Shown here: piece by piece, positions 34,235-40,651 of the stretch | How the letters are laid out: each line of letters starts with the position of its first letter | How positions within the stretch are numbered: the stretch's first letter is position 1 | Source: Patescibacteria group bacterium | GTDB lineage: Bacteria > Patescibacteriota > Gracilibacteria > UBA1369 > UBA12463 | Reading direction: 5' to 3' | NCBI GenBank assembly: GCA_038062935.1 | Contig: JBBTWG010000030.1 | Coordinates: 1-40,651, forward strand | DNA: 40,651 bases | Program-made: the position numbers and the translations under genes | The notes under the pieces: generated by a model | Told to the model about the DNA's origin: nothing | The model's database searches: none | The model's input: only the letters and a program-made list of their open reading frames with translations

Positions 34235-35848
34235 ATGTCACTTTTCCTCACGATCCTGGTCTTTATTTTGATTTTCTCTCTTCTGGTTTTGATTCATGAA
34301 CTTGGCCATTTTTGGGCTGCAAAGAGAGCCGGAATTCGTGTCGAAGAATTTGGTTTTGGACTTCCTCCGAGAGTGTACGGGAAGCGATTTGGTGAAACTC
34401 TGTATTCTATTAATTTTTTTCCTTTCGGGGGTTTTGTGCGTCTGTATGGTGAAGATGCGCATACGGCTGCGGCTCTGAAAGACAAGCGAAGTTTTGCCGG
34501 AAAACCTCTTCGTCAGAGAATCCTCGTGGTGATCGCTGGAGTTCTCATGAATTTTCTCCTCGCAATTTTGCTCCTGACGTTCGGTTTTTCTTTTGGAATT
34601 CAGTCGCTTCTCATCGGTCCCGATGATGTTTTTCAGGCTATTGATAGCGGAAATTTGCAAATTCAATCTGGTCTCGTCGTGAAAGATGTCGAGGGTGGTT
34701 CTGATGCACAAAAAGTTGGTTTTCAGAAAGGGGATACGATTGTTTCTCTCAACCACGATGCGGCCTTTGATTCTTCTCTTTTCCAGAAACTTATGCGGAG
34801 TGATTCAGAAAAGTTTTTTACTGCTGGAGTACTTCGTGGAAAAAGTTTTTTTGATTTCAAGATTGAACCTTCCGGTCGTGATTTTGGTCTTCAGTTTTAT
34901 GAACATTTTGTCCTTCCTCGTCTTGTTTTTTCTCGGCTTCAGGTGGATTCTCCTTTTGCTCATGCCGGTGTTCAGCCCAACGATGTTCTCCTCAAAGTAA
35001 ATGGTCGAAACATTTTTTCTCTTGATGAATATCACCGTTCTACTCAAGGTCAAAAGCACTTCTCTATCACTGTTTCTCGAAACCTTTCTGAGATGACTTT
35101 TGATGTTTTTTCTACTGATATTGGTTCAATTCTTGTTTCTGAAGTTGCTTCTGACAGCCCTGCACAGAAAGCGGGATTGATCCAGAATGATCTCGTAGTT
35201 CAGGTGGAACGACAAGATGTTCCTTCCGCACAAGAGGCAACTCGATTGATCATGGAAAATCGTGAGAAACCAGTTCAATTTCTCGTTGATCGCAACGGTC
35301 AGCTTCTCACTTTTTATGTTCAACCAAATGAAGATGGGAAAATTGGTGTCGTTCTTTCTCCGCTCCTGCGCGGTTCTCTTCAGAATGATTTTTATTCCAC
35401 GGGTCTTCTGACCTCTGTGACTTTTGTGAAGAATGTTCAATATCCTTTCCCGCAATCTTTTCTTCATGCTTTCAAAGAAACGTATCGTCTCGGTATCTCG
35501 ACTGTCGTTATGTTTGGAAATTTGGTGGGGCAGCTCGTTACTGATTTCTCTGTTCCAGAAGGCGTTTCTGGTCCGGTTGGGATTGCCCAAATGACAGGAG
35601 TTTTTGTTCACGAAGGATTCTTTTCACTCGTTCGTTTCACTGCACTTTTGTCCTTGAGTCTTGCGGTCATGAATTTGTTGCCATTTCCGGGATTGGATGG
35701 CGGAAGACTTCTTTTTCTCGTGATTGAGTCAGTGCGTGGAAGGAGGCTTTCGGCGCATATTGAACAGCTCATTCATACTATTGGATTTGTGCTTTTGATG
35801 GTGATGATTTTTGTGGTGACGTGGAAAGATGTGATGCGGTTGTTTTAA
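34235..35848 (+). CDS. rseP: RIP metalloprotease RseP (M50 site-2 protease with PDZ domains)
   Basis: HELGHFWAAK zinc motif, internal PDZ-like segments, and C-terminal NLLPFPGLDGG. Confidence 0.88.
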   Translation: MSLFLTILVFILIFSLLVLIHELGHFWAAKRAGIRVEEFGFGLPPRVYGKRFGETLYSINFFPFGGFVRLYGEDAHTAAALKDKRSFAGKPLRQRILVVIAGVLMNFLLAILLLTFGFSFGIQSLLIGPDDVFQAIDSGNLQIQSGLVVKDVEGGSDAQKVGFQKGDTIVSLNHDAAFDSSLFQKLMRSDSEKFFTAGVLRGKSFFDFKIEPSGRDFGLQFYEHFVLPRLVFSRLQVDSPFAHAGVQPNDVLLKVNGRNIFSLDEYHRSTQGQKHFSITVSRNLSEMTFDVFSTDIGSILVSEVASDSPAQKAGLIQNDLVVQVERQDVPSAQEATRLIMENREKPVQFLVDRNGQLLTFYVQPNEDGKIGVVLSPLLRGSLQNDFYSTGLLTSVTFVKNVQYPFPQSFLHAFKETYRLGISTVVMFGNLVGQLVTDFSVPEGVSGPVGIAQMTGVFVHEGFFSLVRFTALLSLSLAVMNLLPFPGLDGGRLLFLVIESVRGRRLSAHIEQLIHTIGFVLLMVMIFVVTWKDVMRLF

Positions 35849-36038
35849 AAACTTTGAGAGCTCCAAATCCATTTTTGCGAAAAAGTGCTCGGTCTGCGAC
35901 CAAAATAAGAGTATTTTGGCTAAAAATCGAATAGCAAGCTATCCGATTTTTTTTACGCCAAAAACTCTTGTTTTGGATCCCGCATCCCTTCGCAATTTTT
36001 TCCCAAAAATGGATTTGGAGCTCTCAAAGTTTTTAAAA
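35843..36038. mobile_element. 196-bp MITE-like palindromic element with perfect 35-bp terminal inverted repeats
   Basis: TTTTAAAAACTTTGAGAGCTCCAAATCCATTTTTG (35843-35877) is the exact reverse complement of 36004-36038. The 126-bp interior is an imperfect palindrome. The outer TTTTAAAA is self-complementary and could be an 8-bp target duplication. Confidence 0.6.
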
Positions 36039-36127
36039 CAGCTTTTTCTTAACATTTGTATACCGTTTTCGGCATGTCTTATGTTTTGGGTACTTGCCAA
36101 TATTAGATTTATAAGTGATCTATTTTC

Positions 36128-36136
36128 TGGTATAAT
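36128..36136 (+). promoter_or_regulatory. Extended -10 (TGgTATAAT) placed 7 nt before an ATG, predicting a leaderless mRNA
   Basis: TGG at 36128-36130, TATAAT at 36131-36136, ATG at 36143. Confidence 0.4.
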
Positions 36137-36142
36137 CATCTG

Positions 36143-36730
36143 ATGACTGAAGTAAAAAATACAAATCGTGAAAAGCCCTCCCCCTCCTTTAGGGGTGCAG
36201 AAGTGCAAAATGTGCATGAATGGAAACATGAGGTAGATGAAATTGCAAGCACAATCGCTGCGAAAAATTTGCCTCAAGTTTTGGAGCTCATGAAAAAAGA
36301 TGACCGATTGATTGGAGATGCCAAGAGAGTGGAAAAACTGATTTCCGAGGAAGTTTTAGATGATACTGATACAAAACTTTTAGCTATTGGTTTATTTGTA
36401 TTGCGTGAAAAATCTCCTTGGCATCCGATAAAATCAGGCTTGAAGGTTTTAAAAGGAGGGAGACAACGAATGGAAAGTGCCTTTGAACCAAGTGGCTGGG
36501 CAAATTGCTATGACATAGCAGCGATTGTGCGCGAATTAGCAAAAATGTATGGAATTGAAGGCAAGCTTCATGGAAAAGGTTTGTCGCATGCGCATTTTGA
36601 AACAGAAGACGGTAAAGTTTCAGATCCTATGTATGGGTGGATGAGGGGAGGGCTTTTTCAAACCAAAGAAAAATTTGAGGCTCATAAGAAAGAAATGGGC
36701 TTACTTAAAAGGATGGGCATAAAAAAATAA
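36143..36730 (+). CDS. Hypothetical protein with a transglutaminase-like Cys-His-Asp core
   Basis: GWANCYDIAAIVRELAKMYGIEGKLH...SHAHFETEDGKVSDP fits the G-x-C..A....a...Gi ... H-a-w ... D-P pattern of transglutaminase-like cysteine peptidases. This was recognised by eye only. Confidence 0.5.
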   Translation: MTEVKNTNREKPSPSFRGAEVQNVHEWKHEVDEIASTIAAKNLPQVLELMKKDDRLIGDAKRVEKLISEEVLDDTDTKLLAIGLFVLREKSPWHPIKSGLKVLKGGRQRMESAFEPSGWANCYDIAAIVRELAKMYGIEGKLHGKGLSHAHFETEDGKVSDPMYGWMRGGLFQTKEKFEAHKKEMGLLKRMGIKK

Positions 36731-36858
36731 TTGCCTTTTTGTTTTGCTCGGCAGGAGCAAGGAAAACGACGCTTGCTACGGCACTAAAAAATCACTTGAA
36801 TCTCATCCTCCATACTCGCTAGTATGAACCCTGCGTTTCCCGCTCTATTTTTTTATTT

Positions 36859-38286
36859 ATGACTGATCAGAAAGATCTTTGGCGAGCTATTCTGCAGAAG
36901 CTTGAGGTTACGGTTCCCCGAAACCATTTCGTGACTTGGTTTCAGAATACGGGGATTGTGAATTTTGAGGCTGATGTGCTTGTGATTGGATTTCCGAATG
37001 CTTTTGCGAAAGAGTGGGTGGAACGTCATTATGGTGCGAAAATTACGACTTTGGTGAAAGATTTGATTCCGACGCTTTCTCGTGTTGTTTTTGAGATTGC
37101 GGCGTCTTTTGCGAATGGCGATGATACGAAAACGGTACCATTAGAAGGTGTTTTGCCTGCTGAGAAAAGTATTCGAAAATTGCCGAATTCTCGGGAACTG
37201 AAAATTGATGGGAATCTCCGGAGCCGAATGCTCAATAATCGCTATACACTTGATACTTTTGTTGCGGGAAGAAACAACCGGTTGCCACACGCGGCTTGTA
37301 CTGCTGTAGGGCACCAGCCGAGCGGCATTTACAACCCACTTTTTCTCTATGGAGATGTTGGGCTTGGGAAGACTCATCTTCTTCAGGCGACGGGGAATGA
37401 AATTCTTCGAAATTATCCGAAACATCTCATTGTGTACATCACTTCTGAGCATTTTGTGAATGAAGTGATTCAGGCGATTCGGACGAGGAACGTGAAAGAA
37501 TTCAAGGATCGATATCGAAAAGTGGATTGTCTGATGGTGGATGATGTTCAATTTTTTTGTGAGAAGTCTTCGAGTCAGGAAGAATTTTTTCATACGTTTA
37601 ATGATCTGTATGACGCGAATAAACAGATTATTCTCACGAGTGATCGTGCTCCGAAAGATCTCGAGGGACTGGATGATCGTCTCAAAAGTCGCTTTGGGAT
37701 GGGTATGGTGACGGAAGTGATTCCGCCGGAATATGAGACGCGTATCGCGATTTTGCAGAATATGTGTCAGGAAAATGCTTTGATTATTGATCAGGAAATT
37801 CTTTCGTGTATTGCCTATCATGTCGAGAAGAGTGTTCGTGATCTAGAAGGGGTTTTTAAAAGTCTCATGGCTATTGTCCAGCTGCAGAAAACTGTTCCAA
37901 CTTTGAATGATGCGCTTGATTTGGTGCGTCAATTGCATGGTGCAAAAGAGACTTCTCCTGATCATCTCTACCGTTCGCCAAATCCGAGTCGTCGTTTTGT
38001 TCGTGACAGTGGAGAAATTTTGTCGGTGGTGGCGAAATATTTCAGGCTTTCGAAAGAGGACATTATGAGCGATGATCGTCGCAAAGAGATTCTGATCCCG
38101 CGCCAAATTTGTATGTATTTGATCCGTCAGGAGCTCAATGAGGCGTATGAGAAGATTGGTGTTGAATTTGGTGGGAAAAATCATGCGACAGTGCTGCATG
38201 CTTGTAATAAAATTGTGGAAATGCTGAAGCAGGATCAACGTTTGGTTCGAGATGTGCATGAGATCAAGAAAGAGCTCGGTCTTTAA
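36859..38286 (+). CDS. dnaA: Chromosomal replication initiator DnaA
   Basis: NPLFLYGDVGLGKTHLLQA, the domain III AAA+ module, and the domain IV DNA-binding region ending ...ATVLHACNKI are present. Confidence 0.96.
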   Translation: MTDQKDLWRAILQKLEVTVPRNHFVTWFQNTGIVNFEADVLVIGFPNAFAKEWVERHYGAKITTLVKDLIPTLSRVVFEIAASFANGDDTKTVPLEGVLPAEKSIRKLPNSRELKIDGNLRSRMLNNRYTLDTFVAGRNNRLPHAACTAVGHQPSGIYNPLFLYGDVGLGKTHLLQATGNEILRNYPKHLIVYITSEHFVNEVIQAIRTRNVKEFKDRYRKVDCLMVDDVQFFCEKSSSQEEFFHTFNDLYDANKQIILTSDRAPKDLEGLDDRLKSRFGMGMVTEVIPPEYETRIAILQNMCQENALIIDQEILSCIAYHVEKSVRDLEGVFKSLMAIVQLQKTVPTLNDALDLVRQLHGAKETSPDHLYRSPNPSRRFVRDSGEILSVVAKYFRLSKEDIMSDDRRKEILIPRQICMYLIRQELNEAYEKIGVEFGGKNHATVLHACNKIVEMLKQDQRLVRDVHEIKKELGL

Positions 38287-38344
38287 TTTGTCGTAGAATT
38301 CTGGAAGATAAAGCTGTTTGAAGCTGGATTCTTCTCTCTTTTTG

Positions 38345-38353
38345 TGGTATAAT
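38345..38353 (+). promoter_or_regulatory. Extended -10 promoter (TGgTATAAT) for the large downstream ORF
   Basis: TGGTATAAT at 38345-38353, ATG at 38376. Confidence 0.4.
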
Positions 38354-38375
38354 GTGAAGATTTCTATTTTTCTCT

Positions 38376-40651
38376 ATGTCTCCTCCAAATAAAATCATTA
38401 CTCCCACTCTCGACCTCTTTGAAGGCAAAGCGCCTGAGATTTCTTCCGTTCTGGACTTGCGTTTTACGAATGATGTTGGGGCAAAGGGTGGTTCTATGGA
38501 TGTATTCACCTGGAATATCTACCAACTTTTCACTCATGCTAATCTGAAAATTGGTCTCAAGGGTGAGAGTGCCTGGAGAAAAGCGAGCAAAGACGCTCAA
38601 GAATTTTCTCGTCAACTTTCTGTTCTTTCTGCTGTGGATGCTTCTGGACAGAGTGCCGGTGTGACTGTTTTTCAATCTCTTTCTGCTCTTGTGAGAGCGA
38701 AGAAAATTACTGGTATGCGGCTTGGTCAGAATTGGAATTTAGATTTTTTGGGGCGCGGTGGAGTGACTTTGGATTCAGTCAATGTTCTCGATGTTGCTCG
38801 AAAGATGATTGTGAATACCACTATTCAAGAGAAAAATGCTTTGCGTGACGAGCTTCCGGCCCTTCCAGAGACGAGTCCTGCGACTGATTCTCAGGCTGTC
38901 CCTGTTCCAGAAATTCAGCCAGGAGCTCTGGCTACTCCACCTGAAAATCATGCTGTTATTCCTCAGATTCCTCCTTTCAAAAATTTTGAGAGTGAAAAAG
39001 CTGCTCTTTTCGAACCTCTTTCTGCTCCTGCTTTTTCTGATGTTCGACAGGAGAGAAGTCTTTCTGCGGTGGATGCTCTTCGCCTGACCCGTACTGCACC
39101 TCGGATTATTGAAGATCGTTTTCGTCATCTGAACGTTTGCAGTACTTATGCTATTCGCATCATGCAACAGGCGTATGGTAGACAGGCTCTTGTGGATGCT
39201 GGATTTGCTTCTGATCGTGGACTTGCCAATGCTTGGGATTTGAAAATGATCGGTTTGAAGAAGGAAACGGTGAATATTGTCGCAACGACTGATGGCCTCC
39301 TGCGCCAATCCAGAAGAAAAGATGGTGCTCCGACGTTGGTGGTGAAAAATCCTGCTCAATATGTAGAGCGTGTTGGAGATTTTTTCCGTGCTGCTGATGG
39401 TGGAAATTATCCTGCATTTCTCACGCTCTTGAACCGTGGAACGGCTTTTGGAAAGAAAGTTTGGGATGCGAATAAAAATCGTCCAGATCATTTGAAAAGT
39501 TTTAATTCTCATGTTGTGACTGTCCTGGGAAGAGAAGAAACGCGTGAAAGATGGGTCAAGAGTTCTTCTTCGCTGGGTGATCTTTTGCAAAAAGAAGCAG
39601 GAGTTTCTTCCTCGTTTCAGACGTATCTCAAAGTCCAGGTTCGCAAAAGAAATGGTGATCTTTTGCAGATTTCTGATAATGGAAAGAGTGTTGTGCACAT
39701 CAAGAAAGATGGAACAGAATCTTCTTCTGCGCCTTTCAATTTTCGTTCTTTTCGGCTCGAACGTGGAGATACGGTTGTTTGGCAGGACTTGCTCATCACT
39801 GATTTTCAGCATGGAGCCGAGAAAGTTCGTCGTTTTGGTGAAGTTCTTAGTGCTGGGAAATTTATTCCTGTAGATTATATTGCCTTGAAAGATGCGAAGT
39901 CTCGTGTTCATCCGGAGTATAAACCTGTTGGATTCTTCCAGATCGATCCGATTACAAAAGAATCTGGCTCTATCGATGTGCAGATCAAAACGAAACTTTC
40001 TTTGACTGATGAAGATTTTACCTATTATCTTACCGCTTTTGCTGATACTGGTATTGATTTGCGCTCCATACGTCCGAATGATCTACTTCCTCGTTTTGAT
40101 ATCGTCGAACTTCGAAAAATTATTGATGCAAAAGGTGGTCCAAAAGCTCTTCGTCAATCTATTCTGAGTCAGAATATACAGCATTATATTGCCGAGAATC
40201 CTGATACAATTCTCATTCCTATCGAGGCTGGCAAAAGTCCTTGGGGTCATATTTCGAATTTTTTTGAACAGCATTTTTCTGGAAAAAATGTTTTGACGCA
40301 GACTGATAAGAATTTTATTTTGGAGGCTGTGGATTCCATGAATTCCAGTATTCATCTTCAGGTAGATCCTTTGAATCCGAAATCTTTCCGATTTTTTGCT
40401 GGTGAGCATATCTATCTCACTCCTGATCGCATCACTCGACTCATTCGCTATGTTCAGGAGAAGCATGCTGAGCAATTTTCTCCTGATGATTATGTGGCTT
40501 TTATTCAACAGGGTGATACTCCGGATGTTCATTTCAAGCAGGCGATTCTTTCATTTTTCCCGAAATTTCCTTTTGACACTCTGGATCCGCTCGAGAAGTC
40601 GTATCTTTACAAGGCGTTTCAGGCGTCAAATGCGAAAAATCCTGATGTTGA
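38376..40651 (+). CDS. Large hypothetical protein, partial (>758 aa, runs off the right edge), with a possible CHAP/NlpC-like Cys...His pair
   Basis: Absent from the track because it has no stop. I translated every codon from the ATG at 38376 to 40649 and found no stop. NVCSTYAIRIMQQAYG ... FNSHVVTVLG resembles a papain-fold amidase Cys/His pair. The listed minus-strand ORF 38775..39911 is its antisense shadow. Confidence 0.7.
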   Translation, partial: MSPPNKIITPTLDLFEGKAPEISSVLDLRFTNDVGAKGGSMDVFTWNIYQLFTHANLKIGLKGESAWRKASKDAQEFSRQLSVLSAVDASGQSAGVTVFQSLSALVRAKKITGMRLGQNWNLDFLGRGGVTLDSVNVLDVARKMIVNTTIQEKNALRDELPALPETSPATDSQAVPVPEIQPGALATPPENHAVIPQIPPFKNFESEKAALFEPLSAPAFSDVRQERSLSAVDALRLTRTAPRIIEDRFRHLNVCSTYAIRIMQQAYGRQALVDAGFASDRGLANAWDLKMIGLKKETVNIVATTDGLLRQSRRKDGAPTLVVKNPAQYVERVGDFFRAADGGNYPAFLTLLNRGTAFGKKVWDANKNRPDHLKSFNSHVVTVLGREETRERWVKSSSSLGDLLQKEAGVSSSFQTYLKVQVRKRNGDLLQISDNGKSVVHIKKDGTESSSAPFNFRSFRLERGDTVVWQDLLITDFQHGAEKVRRFGEVLSAGKFIPVDYIALKDAKSRVHPEYKPVGFFQIDPITKESGSIDVQIKTKLSLTDEDFTYYLTAFADTGIDLRSIRPNDLLPRFDIVELRKIIDAKGGPKALRQSILSQNIQHYIAENPDTILIPIEAGKSPWGHISNFFEQHFSGKNVLTQTDKNFILEAVDSMNSSIHLQVDPLNPKSFRFFAGEHIYLTPDRITRLIRYVQEKHAEQFSPDDYVAFIQQGDTPDVHFKQAILSFFPKFPFDTLDPLEKSYLYKAFQASNAKNPDV

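Noticed and set aside
35916-36277. ORFs 35916..36143 (+) and 35939..36277 (-) inside or across the palindromic element
   Set aside because: They lie within the inverted-repeat structure, have no motifs, and overlap the start of the better-supported ORF at 36143.
36731-38375. oriC with DnaA boxes flanking dnaA
   Set aside because: No perfect TTATCCACA/TGTGGATAA was seen. The only near match, TGTGGTATAA at ~38344, is better explained as an extended -10 promoter. This cannot be called from this window.
38775-39911. 378-aa minus-strand ORF in the supplied track
   Set aside because: It is antisense to the uninterrupted + strand frame 38376..>40651. Its composition is R/S/I/F-rich and low-complexity with no motif, so it is a typical shadow ORF.

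Overview
The window looks like a chromosomal segment of a small-genome, AT-leaning bacterium. Gene content and leaders that almost never carry a Shine-Dalgarno motif are reminiscent of Patescibacteria/CPR, but that is inference only. The standard code applies: ssb ends ...DDLPF followed by TGA. Positions ~6.7-40.6 kb are mostly housekeeping genes. These are an RNA methylase-like gene, ssb, gmk, tRNA-Gln, folC, engB, arfB, an ABC-F ATPase, a speA-aguA-aguB putrescine operon, an AI-2E transporter, a lamin-tail-domain surface protein, rny, CIRCE-groES-groEL, archaeal-type PEP carboxylase, an aminotransferase, yqeY, pyrH, frr, rseP and dnaA. dnaA is followed by a >758-aa ORF that runs off the right edge and is absent from the supplied ORF track. 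The left ~6.3 kb is the visible part of an integrated element. It carries a large serine recombinase, an XRE regulator, a TerS-like protein, an AlbA_2/Schlafen-like protein, a partial HEPN-like ORF and three exported proteins. The element abuts a tRNA-Asn(GUU) gene that is split by a 225-nt group I (IC3-like) intron. Other features the gene list does not explain: (1) a 20-24 nt identical array of AnATCCT heptamers fills three intercistronic junctions and supplies stop codons; (2) a GTGAC-rich repeat family occupies three other or adjacent junctions; (3) the tRNA-Gln 3' end is duplicated 110 bp downstream; (4) a 196-bp MITE-like palindrome with perfect 35-bp arms sits after rseP; (5) there is a cysteine-rich protein with duplicated zinc-ribbon modules; (6) there are two long ORF-poor spacers. 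No CRISPR array or rRNA gene was seen. All domain calls come from motif recognition by eye, not from searches.
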